Shown here: in pieces, positions 8,210-17,492 of the stretch | How the letters are laid out: every line of letters begins with the position of its first letter | Numbering within the stretch: position 1 is the stretch's first letter | Source: Candidatus Kuenenia stuttgartensis | GTDB taxonomy: Bacteria > Planctomycetota > Planctomycetia > Pirellulales > UBA1268 | NCBI GenBank assembly: GCA_945877135.1 | Contig: CAMCQY010000003.1 | Coordinates: 6,506 to 70,505, forward strand | DNA: 64,000 nucleotides | Reading direction: 5' to 3' | Made by a program: the position numbers and the translations under genes | The notes under the pieces: generated by a model | Databases searched by the model: none | What the model was told of the DNA's origin: nothing | Seen by the model: the letters and a program-made list of their open reading frames with translations, nothing else

Positions 8210-10171
8210 ATGCACGTTTCGCACGGTTTGCGACACCTCGTTGGCCTGTCACTGGCGTTTGCCCTGCTGGGCAATGGCCTCGCCTGGTCACAGCAGCCAG
8301 GCACCGCTGCCGCAGGCGGGCAGGGCGAACTGCGATGGACGCCCCATCGTGCAGCCACCTCAAGCCAGCCGGGCAGCACAGACGCGGCTCCGGCCAGCGC
8401 CCCATCCACGGCCAAGCCGGCCCCCCAGGCGACAGTCACGCCTTCCGGCGGCATGCCCGCCACAGTCGCCGCCACCACGCAGCCCGTGGCCACTGCTCCC
8501 TCCCCTGTCACGGCTCCCTCCCCTATCACGGCTCCGCCAGCCTCGGTGGGCCTGCCCGCCGGCGTGCCAGCCGTAGCCGTCGCACCGCGCCGGCGACCTG
8601 TGCAGAACCAGTCGTCCGCACCGCCGCGTTCCCGGCCAGCAGCCCAGATGGGCGACTGGAGGAGCGACAATCGCTTGCCCGGGCGTTTCGGCTCGAACTT
8701 CACGAACAATGGCCAACTGACCCTGCCCAGCATGGGCGATGTGAGTCTGTTCCGGACTCCTCAAGGCGATGCCGGCCGACCGGTGCTTGCCGTTGAAGGG
8801 AGTCCTCGGCGTCCGAACACGGTCGCTGCCGCGCCGCTTGGCGGTGGCCTGGCGCCGCGGTTCAACGCGACAGCCAGCCGGCCGACCAGCCAGCGGACCG
8901 ACCGCCTCGCGATGAACACCGACGGCCTGCCTTCGGTGATGGCCCGGGCGCCGCAGGCCGCTGCGATCGACGGTGGCTCAATGCCCGGCCAGCTGCCGGC
9001 CGCTGGCCTGCCGAATCAGATGCTGCCTACACCGATCGAATCCCAATCGATCCCGACGGCCGAGGAGCCGTCGATCATCATCAACACCACGCCGTCGGAG
9101 ATGATGGAGATGGGCCCCGATGCCATGGGTGGCCAGGGCTATGGCGGTGAGTACACCGATGGGACGATGTCGCCGGCGGACGGTGGCATGTGGATGGGCG
9201 AGTACCCCACCCAACTGCATGTGGAATCGTTTTACGACGATCCGTTCGCCTGCGAGGAGTCGCCTGGCTTCCTCACCTGCTGGCCGCATGACGGCCGCGT
9301 TTGCGCCTGGCTGCGGCAGTTCGGCAAGCCCTACTACGGCTGGAGATGGTATCGCGATTTCAGCGCGGGTGCCGGCATCACGGCCTTCCAAAACCAGTCC
9401 AACTTCGGCCTCCTCGGCAACTACGGCACCAACGAATACGTGAACTGGGCGATGCCCTTCTGGAACGCGTTCGGCCTCGGCTGGCAGATTGGTGCGCGGG
9501 GCGTGCAGAGCAACTTCCAGCAGCCCACCATCAGCGACGGCCTGGGAACGCTGCGTGGCAATTCGCGCGACCAGGTCTTCGTCACCACCGGCTTCTTCAC
9601 GCGGGCCTTCGAGGGACGCGGTCTGCAGGGCGGTGCGGTGTATGACTACTTGAGCGACAGCTACTTCGAGAACGTCGATGTGGCCCAGATCCGTGGCGAA
9701 CTGAGCTATGTCTGGGGCTATCACGAACTCGGCTTCTGGGGCGCCTTCAACGCCACCGAGCAGAAGGGATCGTACTCGCCAACCGGCGTGTCACCCGGCG
9801 TGGCCAGCACGGTTGACCTCTACACCGCCTTCTACCGACTCCACTTCGGCGACGCCAACGAAGCGCGGGTCTGGGGCGGTGCATCGGGCAACGGGCAAGG
9901 CGTGGTCGGCTCGACGATTCGCGCCCCGATGTCGCGATCGCTCGCCCTCGAGGGCACGTTCACCTACCTGCTGCCCGACAAGTCGCAGACGGTCCAACTC
10001 GGCACGACCAGCGTGACCTTCACGCCCTCGGCCTGGAACCTCTCGGCCAACCTCGTCTGGTACCCAGCGGGCCGCGCCCGCCGGGGACTGGCCAGCCCCT
10101 ATCGTCCGCTGTTCGACGTGGCCGACAACGGCAGCATGATCCGGGCGCTGTCCCGTCTCCCGACGCCGTAA
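8210..10171 (+). CDS. Secreted protein with a Pro/Ala-rich N-terminal half and an aromatic-rich C-terminal half (possible outer-membrane beta-barrel)
   Basis: GGAAGGAG lies 8 nt upstream of the ATG at 8210. Signal-like N-terminus LVGLSLAFALLGNGLAWSQQ. The C-terminal 300 aa shows alternating aromatic/Gly patterns (YGWRWYRDFSAGAG, FWGAFNAT, LYTAFYRLHFG, NLSANLVWYP). The barrel call is inference. Confidence 0.7.
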   Translation: MHVSHGLRHLVGLSLAFALLGNGLAWSQQPGTAAAGGQGELRWTPHRAATSSQPGSTDAAPASAPSTAKPAPQATVTPSGGMPATVAATTQPVATAPSPVTAPSPITAPPASVGLPAGVPAVAVAPRRRPVQNQSSAPPRSRPAAQMGDWRSDNRLPGRFGSNFTNNGQLTLPSMGDVSLFRTPQGDAGRPVLAVEGSPRRPNTVAAAPLGGGLAPRFNATASRPTSQRTDRLAMNTDGLPSVMARAPQAAAIDGGSMPGQLPAAGLPNQMLPTPIESQSIPTAEEPSIIINTTPSEMMEMGPDAMGGQGYGGEYTDGTMSPADGGMWMGEYPTQLHVESFYDDPFACEESPGFLTCWPHDGRVCAWLRQFGKPYYGWRWYRDFSAGAGITAFQNQSNFGLLGNYGTNEYVNWAMPFWNAFGLGWQIGARGVQSNFQQPTISDGLGTLRGNSRDQVFVTTGFFTRAFEGRGLQGGAVYDYLSDSYFENVDVAQIRGELSYVWGYHELGFWGAFNATEQKGSYSPTGVSPGVASTVDLYTAFYRLHFGDANEARVWGGASGNGQGVVGSTIRAPMSRSLALEGTFTYLLPDKSQTVQLGTTSVTFTPSAWNLSANLVWYPAGRARRGLASPYRPLFDVADNGSMIRALSRLPTP

Positions 10172-10344
10172 CCAGTAGGGCGAAAAGCATGGCCTTGCCG
10201 GCGGCGATCGCAGGGCGGCTGCCACGTTGGCGGGATTTGTAGTATCTTGCGGACTTGGACCGAGGTCAGCACCGCCCCCGTGCGGCATTTCGCCGGGGTC
10301 TCCGCCCTCCGTAAGCCCCCACACAACAATCCCCTCTGGAATGC

Positions 10345-12084
10345 ATGATGTCGGAACACGAGCAGAAGCCCGAACAGAAGAATGATCCTTGGGCCAATCT
10401 GGCCGAGTCCCTCGGCGCGAAGCCGGCCGCCCCCCCCGCCGCCGAGCCAGTGTCACGGCCGGCTGCCGCGGCCCCGGCGACACCTGCCCGCCCGCTGCAG
10501 AAACCTCGCGAAGACCGGCCGGCAGCAGCCGTCCGCTCCGACTGGGGTGGGCTGGCCTCGTCGCTGGGGCTCGAGCCAACCGCCGAGTCTGCGCCGCCGA
10601 CCAGCCGGCCCCAGCCGCCAGTGCCACAGCCGCCGGCCTCGCCCGCACCGCGGGCAACGAACGAACCGCAGCCTCGTCGCAGCGAGCGGGAGCAGGAAGA
10701 ATTCTCCTTTGGCTTTGGTCGTCGTCGACCGCCCGCAGAGCCTGTCCAGCAACAAAGCCGACCGCCGGCGGGTTCAACCAGGCGTGACGGAGGCGATCGC
10801 GACGGGGGGGAAGAAGCCAGCCGTCAGCGTCCCATCGTTGATCGCCCCGAGGGCGATTCTCGTGACCGCACCGAACCCGGGGCCGCAACGCGGGCCGACC
10901 GTGAAGACGAGCAGGGCGAGGGCCGTGGCCGACGCCGCCGTGGCCGACGCGGTGGCCGTGGCCGTGGTCGCCGAGAGGACGGACGGGAGGAGGGCCGCGA
11001 CCGTCCGCTTCCCGGTCGTGCCGACGACGAACCATCGACCAGTCGCAGGCCCATTGCGGCGCGGGAACACGATGGTTTTGGCGAGCCCAGGGATGAGCGG
11101 CTGGAAGAACCGGCAACACGCGTAGGCCAGCCTCTTGCAGATTCTGGCGACGACGACGACCGCGATCGTCAGGCACCGGCCGGAGAGGGTGACCGCGATG
11201 CAGACGGGGCTCCGCGACGTCGCCGCCGACGTGGCCGGAGGGGCGGCCGCCGCCGCGGACGTGGCGATCGTGACGGTGATGTCGGCACCCGGCCGCAGGC
11301 AGACCGTGAAAACGGTGAACCGGCCCTCGATGCCAGCGATAGCTCGCCCCGCTTTGCCGACCACGATTCTGACGACGAACCGTTGCCCGCTGGTTATGGC
11401 ATGCGACAGCCCGCCAGACCGGGAGCCGACTCGGGTCGGCCCGATGCGTCTCGGCATGACGGCGGTGAGCCGTCCGGCACGGCCCGCAGTGATGACCGCG
11501 AGTCTGGTGAATCGGGCGGCCGTCGCCGCCGCCGCCGCCGCCGCGGCGGCGAAGGCCGGAGTCGCGATGCCCGCGGCACCACCGCACCTGCAGAGGGCAG
11601 CCGCGAGGGGTCCCCATCACGCCGTTCGAGCGAAGGGCGTTCGAGCGAAGAAGGCGGCCGGCGTGGACGGCGTGGCCGCAGGACCACGGGTGACGAGCGT
11701 CGTTCCGCGTCCACCTTCGATCGCGGTCGCCGTGATGAATTTGCCCCCGTGGCAGGCGGACGCGAGGAGGATGACGAGGGCCTGGAGTTCCTCGGCATCG
11801 AGGACGCCAGCCATGACGGCCGTGGCCGAGACGAGCGTCATCCAGCGGACGACGATGACAGCATCATTGAGAGCGGCCTCAACGAGGTGCTCGACGTGCC
11901 GAGCTGGGTGGAGGCAATTGGCATCGTCATTGCCGGCAATCTCGACGCCCGCAGCCGATCCCCGCGCGGGGGAGACGCCGGTGGTCGCGGAGGAGAGCCG
12001 CGGAGTGACTCCCCGCCGCGCGGCGGCTCATCAGACAGGCCTCGCGACTCGAGGCGTGGCGGCCGTTCGGGCAACCAGCGATAG
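10345..12084 (+). CDS. Highly charged Arg/Asp/Glu/Gly/Pro-rich, probably disordered protein
   Basis: The frame has repeated RGG/RRR boxes (RGRRRRGRRGGRGRGRRE, RRRRRRGRRGGRRRGRGD, GGRRRRRRRRGGEGR, GGRRGRRGRR). The N-terminus carries a repeated W..LA.SLG motif. The only ordered-looking patch is near the C-terminus (IIESGLNEVLDVPSWVEAIGIVIAGNL). The frame was chosen because of these non-random motifs. Two other frames are also open here. Confidence 0.6.
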   Translation: MMSEHEQKPEQKNDPWANLAESLGAKPAAPPAAEPVSRPAAAAPATPARPLQKPREDRPAAAVRSDWGGLASSLGLEPTAESAPPTSRPQPPVPQPPASPAPRATNEPQPRRSEREQEEFSFGFGRRRPPAEPVQQQSRPPAGSTRRDGGDRDGGEEASRQRPIVDRPEGDSRDRTEPGAATRADREDEQGEGRGRRRRGRRGGRGRGRREDGREEGRDRPLPGRADDEPSTSRRPIAAREHDGFGEPRDERLEEPATRVGQPLADSGDDDDRDRQAPAGEGDRDADGAPRRRRRRGRRGGRRRGRGDRDGDVGTRPQADRENGEPALDASDSSPRFADHDSDDEPLPAGYGMRQPARPGADSGRPDASRHDGGEPSGTARSDDRESGESGGRRRRRRRRGGEGRSRDARGTTAPAEGSREGSPSRRSSEGRSSEEGGRRGRRGRRTTGDERRSASTFDRGRRDEFAPVAGGREEDDEGLEFLGIEDASHDGRGRDERHPADDDDSIIESGLNEVLDVPSWVEAIGIVIAGNLDARSRSPRGGDAGGRGGEPRSDSPPRGGSSDRPRDSRRGGRSGNQR

Positions 12085-12127
12085 CGGTGTGGGTGGCAAC
12101 CGCGTTGCTTCACCGCAACGGCCACCT

Positions 12128-12160
12128 GCATTCCCTTGCTTGCGCCGCGGGCTTGCATGG
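12128..12160. repeat. Single reverse-orientation copy of the dispersed repeat
   Basis: gcattcccttgcttgcgccgcgggcttgcatgg. Two copies of a second short motif follow, atggctt(c/g)tccgcgatac, at about 12172 and 12232. Confidence 0.7.
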
Positions 12161-12249
12161 ACGCCGTCAGGCATGGCTTCTCCGCGATACGGCGAACAGG
12201 ATGTTCGCCACCTCGAGCGGACAAGGCCAGGGATGGCTTGTCCGCGATA

Positions 12250-12993
12250 CTACTTGAGCGAGATCGTGCGGGCGAGCGGCCGCAGGATCTGATCGACCAC
12301 GCACGTGTCAACGACCTCGCGGGCCAGCGTGGCCAGCCTGTCCATCGCCTCCACGTAGGTGGTGCCCGGCTCGAGACTTCCATACTGCCGGGCCGTGACG
12401 TAAACGCTCAGCTGCTCCTCGGTAAAGTCACCGGTGCGGACCTGAAACGCATTTGTCCTGGTCTCCGTGCTGACTCGAACCTGGACACGGCAGTCTTCGT
12501 CGAGCGAGATCGTCAGCGACGGCTCGTAATTGATGACACGCCCCCCGGGCAGTTCGGCCGCACGGTCAAATGCGGGCCCTACGCCGAGGGCTTCCGCCAG
12601 CAGCGCGTTGTGATTTCCGCGGAAGGCGAAATCGAAGCCGAACAGCACGTCGAGTGCCTCACAGTCGAGCGGGCTGATCGACAGGAACGTCGGCGCTAAA
12701 TCGAGCACCAGACGGTGCTGATCGAGCACTGCATCGAGCGACGACGGATTTACCTGACCGGAGCAAAGACGCTTGGACTCGACCGCCGCCCAGCGATAAC
12801 GCCCCTGATCCTTTTCCTCCTCCAGAACGAAATCCCGCTTGTCGCGACAGTAGAACTTCCTCATCGTGGGAAAGCGTTTCTGCACCCGTTCGAAGAAGTG
12901 CAGAATCGTCTCCCGCTGGCCCGGAAGTTCCATCTCCGTGGCCAGATTCATGTTGACGTAGAAATCGTCGGCGAGCGACGCGTACTGCGTCAT
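12250..12993 (-). CDS. Hypothetical protein
   Basis: ATG at 12993 (MTQYASLADDFYVNMNLATEMEL...). Composition is non-repetitive and balanced, and third positions are G/C-rich. I recognise no motif. Confidence 0.6.
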   Translation of the reverse strand: MTQYASLADDFYVNMNLATEMELPGQRETILHFFERVQKRFPTMRKFYCRDKRDFVLEEEKDQGRYRWAAVESKRLCSGQVNPSSLDAVLDQHRLVLDLAPTFLSISPLDCEALDVLFGFDFAFRGNHNALLAEALGVGPAFDRAAELPGGRVINYEPSLTISLDEDCRVQVRVSTETRTNAFQVRTGDFTEEQLSVYVTARQYGSLEPGTTYVEAMDRLATLAREVVDTCVVDQILRPLARTISLK

Positions 12994-13202
12994 ACGTGTG
13001 AACTCCAGGGGAGATCGGCGCGAAGACCAAGTATAGGAATGCCGTGCGCGGAGTGTCAAAAAAAGGTCGGCCTGCAACCGTCTCGATTCCCCCGGCTGGA
13101 TTCCGTCCGCGAAGCGCGGCATACTTCGAAGCCAGACGCTGCGGGCGCTCAGCCAACTGAACCCCCGCCCTCCGAACGCTGGCCCTCCAAAAGCTGGTCA
13201 TC

Positions 13203-13409
13203 ATGCCACCGCCGCCGGAAACACCGCGGATTCCCGATCATCGGGTGACGATCGAAAAGCGCAGCGACGGCGCGATCGTCGTCCGGGTCCGTTCGGAGGG
13301 ACCGGACGAATCGAGGCTGCCCGATGCCGTGTTTTCCTTCCGCAACGGCGACCCACAATACGCCTACTGGCTCGGCCGACTCGGGACCGCACATCCTGAA
13401 AAGACCTGA
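13203..13409 (+). CDS. Possible small hypothetical protein (68 aa)
   Basis: ATG start, non-repetitive sequence (VTIEKRSDGAIVVRVRSEGPDESRLPDAVFSFRNGDPQYAYWL) and mostly G/C third positions. No recognisable family. Confidence 0.35.
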   Translation: MPPPPETPRIPDHRVTIEKRSDGAIVVRVRSEGPDESRLPDAVFSFRNGDPQYAYWLGRLGTAHPEKT

Positions 13410-13461
13410 GAAGAAAGATCCCGAGCAGGAAAACCTCAGCCGGTAGGGCTTGAGCGGCTGG

Positions 13462-14886
13462 TCAATCGTCGGCACGCGAACTGGCAATCAGCGTAATGAA
13501 TTCGCGATTGCTCTTGAACTTGGCGAGTTGCTTCGTGAGTTGCTCCATGGCATCGACATGGTGCATCGTGGAGAGCGTCCGCCTCAGCATGCCGACCGCG
13601 TGCAGCGTATTGGCATCGAGCAGTTTCTCCTCACGCCTTGTCCCCGACTGCGAGATGTCGATCGCGGGCCAGACCCGCCTGTCCGAAAGCTTGCGGTCGA
13701 GCACCAATTCCATGTTTCCCGTGCCCTTGAACTCCTGGAAGATGAGCTCGTCCATCCGGCTGCCGGTGTCAATCAGGGCCGTCGCCACGATCGTCAGCGA
13801 GCCCCCTTCTTCGAACACGCGGGCCGAGGCGAACAGCTTCTTGGGGATGTCGAGCGCCTTGATATCGACACCACCCGACATCGTGCGGCCCGTGTTGCCG
13901 ACCCACTTATTGAAGGCCCTGGCCATGCGGGTGATCGAGTCCATCAGCAAGAACACGTCCTTGCCCGACTCGGCCATCCGCTTGCAGCGCTCAATCACCA
14001 GTTGTGACAGCCGTACGTGGCTCTCCACGTCACAGTCGAGGCTGCTGGCCATCACCTCTCCCTTGACGGTCCGGCGCATGTCCGTGACCTCCTCGGGACG
14101 CTCGTCAACGAGCAGCATCACGAGTTGAACATCGGGGTGATTGGTCGAGATCGCCTGCGATACCTGCTGCAGGAGCACGGTCTTGCCGGTACGCGGCGGT
14201 GCCACGATCAACGCCCGCTGCCCCTTGCCAAGCGGCGTCAGCAGATCCATCACGCGGGTCGTGATCGGCTGCTGGCCGGTTTCAAGACGCAGCCACGTCT
14301 CCGGATTGATCGGCGTGAGCTGATCGAAGGTCTTGACGCTGGAATACTGGTCGGGCGACAGCCCCTCCACTTCCTGAATTTCACGGACCCGCGGCCCCTG
14401 CTGCCGTCTTCCTGGCTGCACGAGGGCCTTGATCGACACGCCTTCGCGCAGCCGATACCGCTCGATCATCGTGGCGGGAACGAACGGATCGGTCCGCTCA
14501 CGCTGGTAGTTGGTTTCAGGGCTCCGCAGGAACCCGTATCCGTTGGGGTGCATCTCCAGGATGCCGTTGCCAGGCTCGAGGGGAATCGGTTCACCCGTTT
14601 CAGTGACCTCCGGCTCAAGGTCCGGCGGCCGCATTCCGTCCCCCTCCATATCAACCGCGCCGGCACCTGCCGGCACCGGGCCGCCGCCACCACCACCGCC
14701 GCCGCGACGAAACCGCCGACGACGCCCACCGTAGCCTCCCCCGCCGCCACCATGGGCCTGCCCCTGACCGGCGCCTGCGTAACCGCCCGGCGCGTGCCCG
14801 CCCTGCCCACCTGGGCCACCCTGTCCGCCTTGTCCGCCTTGTCCGCCAAACCCACCGCGGCCCCGCGATCGCCTCCGCTTCGACAT
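13462..14886 (-). CDS. rho: Transcription termination factor Rho with a Gly/Arg-rich N-terminal extension
   Basis: Motifs seen: GILEMHPNGYGFLR (RNA-binding domain), GKGQRALIVAPPRTGKT (Walker A), LLVDERPEEVT, FLLMDSITRMARA, ALIDTGSRMDE. N-terminus from the ATG at 14886: MSKRRRSRGRGGFGGQGGQGGQGGPGGQGG... Confidence 0.95.
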   Translation of the reverse strand: MSKRRRSRGRGGFGGQGGQGGQGGPGGQGGHAPGGYAGAGQGQAHGGGGGGYGGRRRRFRRGGGGGGGGPVPAGAGAVDMEGDGMRPPDLEPEVTETGEPIPLEPGNGILEMHPNGYGFLRSPETNYQRERTDPFVPATMIERYRLREGVSIKALVQPGRRQQGPRVREIQEVEGLSPDQYSSVKTFDQLTPINPETWLRLETGQQPITTRVMDLLTPLGKGQRALIVAPPRTGKTVLLQQVSQAISTNHPDVQLVMLLVDERPEEVTDMRRTVKGEVMASSLDCDVESHVRLSQLVIERCKRMAESGKDVFLLMDSITRMARAFNKWVGNTGRTMSGGVDIKALDIPKKLFASARVFEEGGSLTIVATALIDTGSRMDELIFQEFKGTGNMELVLDRKLSDRRVWPAIDISQSGTRREEKLLDANTLHAVGMLRRTLSTMHHVDAMEQLTKQLAKFKSNREFITLIASSRADD

Positions 14887-15629
14887 GGATACAGTACACC
14901 CTTGGATGAAAGGATCGGACAACACTCGCTTGAACCGTCGAAGGAACCCGCAACCAAACCGCCCGCAGAACGCGACCAGTCAGGGTCGGACCATCGAACC
15001 GAACGAACGAACGAGACCCACAAAAACCAGATCCTGAAACCAGTCCCAGAAGCCAGACCCTGGGGTTTTTACCCCGTCAGGATCCCACTCGAGGATCAGC
15101 GCAAGGATGTAGTTCGGAGGCCCAGACTTCAGAGCCCACACGATCCAGTACCCATACATTCCACGTGAATGGTTGGGACACCGGAATCAGATCCCGGGTG
15201 GGCCAAGGAAAGGCCCCCTATCTCGAAAGATTCGAATAGCTCGAAAAATCTTTCGGAGATTCCTCGGGAGTGACACGGCGGCTGTGCCGCTGTTGAAAAA
15301 CCCCGTCTCAACGTGTCAGCCGGAAGTATCTTCTCCCTCCGCCAAAATGTCAAGCGGCGGTGAACCCGCATCCGTGGCCCACAGAGACTTCTGGCAAGAT
15401 GGGGCAAATAGAGCGGCCGCACAACTGCTTTTGGCTCACAAATCCGATCTTACAGCGTTTTCTGTCTGATTCCTGCGACTGATTCGACCGATACATCTTC
15501 CGGGTCTCAAGACGGTCGATCCCACGGCTCGGCGATACGTCGCCCGGACTGAGGGTCGCCCCCTTCGGATTCACGTGTTCGTTGGTGCCAGTTGTTCCCA
15601 GAGGCCTATGCGGCCCAGAGGCTGGAGTG

Positions 15630-17489
15630 ATGTCTTCCACCTGCATGGTGATTCCAATGCCAATCCCCTCCCGTACCTGCCGCCTGCTGGCCACTCTGGC
15701 CGTGCTCGCGCTGTCGCCCGTGTGGACGGCGGTCGCCTCTGCTGCCGTGCCATGGCATCAGGATCTCGCGACCGCCCGGCGTGCATCCGAGGCCAGCCAT
15801 CGCCCTGTGCTGGCGATCTTCACGGCGAGTTGGAGCTCGGCGAGTACGACCCTCGACCGCACAACGCTGGCCAGCGACGAAGCCGTTGCCCTCATCACGG
15901 CCTGCTTCGAACCGGTCTGCGTGGACGTTGACACGAACCCCGAAGCGACACGTCGCCTGGGCATCACAAAGGTGCCCACCGCCTGCATTGTCACAGCCGA
16001 CGACAGGCTGCTCTCGAAATTTGAACTCCCCGAAACGCCGGCCGGATTCGTGGCCGCGGCTGCCCACGCGGCGCAGGAGGCGGCCTTCGCCTCGGCAGCC
16101 CGCTCGTCGGAGCAGGGCTCACCGTCAGAGACGGCCGTCAGCCTCCGCGAAATAGCCGATATGCCCGCAAGCGGTTCGGGAGCACTACCGTCTTTTGGGA
16201 GCGGCGGCACCAGAGTCGCGCGGGCGGTCACGTCAACCGACAATCACGGCACCGTGCCGCCAGGCGGCAAGGCAATCAATGCCGTCGCAGCCAAGGTCCG
16301 CATGCTCTCCGACTTCGCCAGTGATGATGCCGCCCCGGCCAGCGGACCGGAATCAGCCATCGCCGCATCGTTTCGCGACACCACGATTCGTGAAGCCACG
16401 ATTCGGGATACGGCGATCACCACGCCGCAGGCACCGTCGGTCGCGTCGTCGGTCGCGCCGACTATGTTGACGCCCGCTGCTGCGTCTCCGGCCACGGTGG
16501 CAACGGTAGCAATTCCCGATGCCGCAGCCACCACCCCAGCCATGCCGGCCGCTGCTCCGACCACAGTGGACGTGGCCCCGCACGCGGCTCCCGCTGCCCT
16601 CGCCGCCGACTCCGCGCTCGGCCGCACCGCCGCGCAGTCGCCACTCGCCATCGACCCCGCCCCCACCTCGCCTGCGGCCTCCTCTCACGCGGCAGCCAGA
16701 TCGGCGCCGTGGCTGGGACTGCCGCCGCAGAACCAGACGGCCACGGCCGCGAAGTCGGAGGCTGCCGTGGCGGCGATACCCGCTGGCAGTGCATCCGGCA
16801 TCGCCACGGCATCAGGCACACAGTCGCTCGCAGACGGACGGGCCGTCGCCGCACAGCCGGCCCCGACAGACCCCCGGCCCGCCACCCCGGAGCAGCCGAC
16901 TGCCGGTGGCTCGGCCACGCCCCTCGCCGAGACCAAGCCGCAGAAGCCGTCTGCCACCTCGTCGCTGCTCGCGGCCCTCCAGAAGCCGTTGAGTCTGTTC
17001 TCGAAGCCTGCGGCAGCGAAGCCGACCCCGAGCAGCACGAACTCCGCGGCCAGCGCATCCACGCAAACCGCTGCCGCTCCGGCCGCCCCGACTGAGCCCG
17101 ACACCTACGGTTCCATGCCGGTCGGTCTGGAGGGCTACTGCCCGGTCACGCTCGCCGAACGCGGAGCATGGGTCGAGGGTCGTGCCCAGTGGGGAGCGCG
17201 GCATCGCGGCCGAACCTATCTCTTTGCGAGCGCCGAACAGCAGAAGGCTTTTCTGGCCGATCCTGACCGCTACGCTCCCGCCCTCTCGGGCGACGATCCC
17301 GTCCTGGCATTCGACGCGGGGAAAAGCACGCCGGGCCAGCGTCGCTACGGGGTCACCTATCAGTCGCGGACCTACCTCTTCTCCTCCACCGAAACCCGCG
17401 ACGCTTTCGCTGCGAATCCACAGCGGTATACGTCCGGCGCGATGGTCGCTGAGAATCGTCGGCCGGCCAACGGCCCGGTCGTTCGCTGA
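15630..17489 (+). CDS. Secreted thioredoxin-fold (no CxxC) protein with a long Ala/Pro/Thr/Ser-rich linker and two C-terminal YHS-like repeats
   Basis: ATG at 15630 preceded by GGAG. Signal-like LLATLAVLALSPVWTAVASA. Trx-like segment PVLAIFTASWSSAS...KVPTACIV. C-terminus: GYCPVTLAERGAWVEG..RGRTYLFASAEQQKAFLADPDRYAP and a second unit YQSRTYLFSSTETRDAFAANPQRY. Confidence 0.7.
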   Translation: MSSTCMVIPMPIPSRTCRLLATLAVLALSPVWTAVASAAVPWHQDLATARRASEASHRPVLAIFTASWSSASTTLDRTTLASDEAVALITACFEPVCVDVDTNPEATRRLGITKVPTACIVTADDRLLSKFELPETPAGFVAAAAHAAQEAAFASAARSSEQGSPSETAVSLREIADMPASGSGALPSFGSGGTRVARAVTSTDNHGTVPPGGKAINAVAAKVRMLSDFASDDAAPASGPESAIAASFRDTTIREATIRDTAITTPQAPSVASSVAPTMLTPAAASPATVATVAIPDAAATTPAMPAAAPTTVDVAPHAAPAALAADSALGRTAAQSPLAIDPAPTSPAASSHAAARSAPWLGLPPQNQTATAAKSEAAVAAIPAGSASGIATASGTQSLADGRAVAAQPAPTDPRPATPEQPTAGGSATPLAETKPQKPSATSSLLAALQKPLSLFSKPAAAKPTPSSTNSAASASTQTAAAPAAPTEPDTYGSMPVGLEGYCPVTLAERGAWVEGRAQWGARHRGRTYLFASAEQQKAFLADPDRYAPALSGDDPVLAFDAGKSTPGQRRYGVTYQSRTYLFSSTETRDAFAANPQRYTSGAMVAENRRPANGPVVR

Positions 17490-17492
17490 CAA

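Noticed and set aside
9791-12292. Long ORFs 9791-11620 (-), 10382-11125 (+) and 11135-12292 (+) overlapping the charged-protein gene
   Set aside because: They are Arg/Pro/Ala/Gly-rich shadow frames of a low-complexity GC-rich region, with no motifs. They also partly overlap the well-supported 8210-10171 gene.
15173-15469. 98-aa ORF in the rho upstream region
   Set aside because: It shows low third-position GC bias relative to real genes here, no motif, and lies in the probable rho leader.
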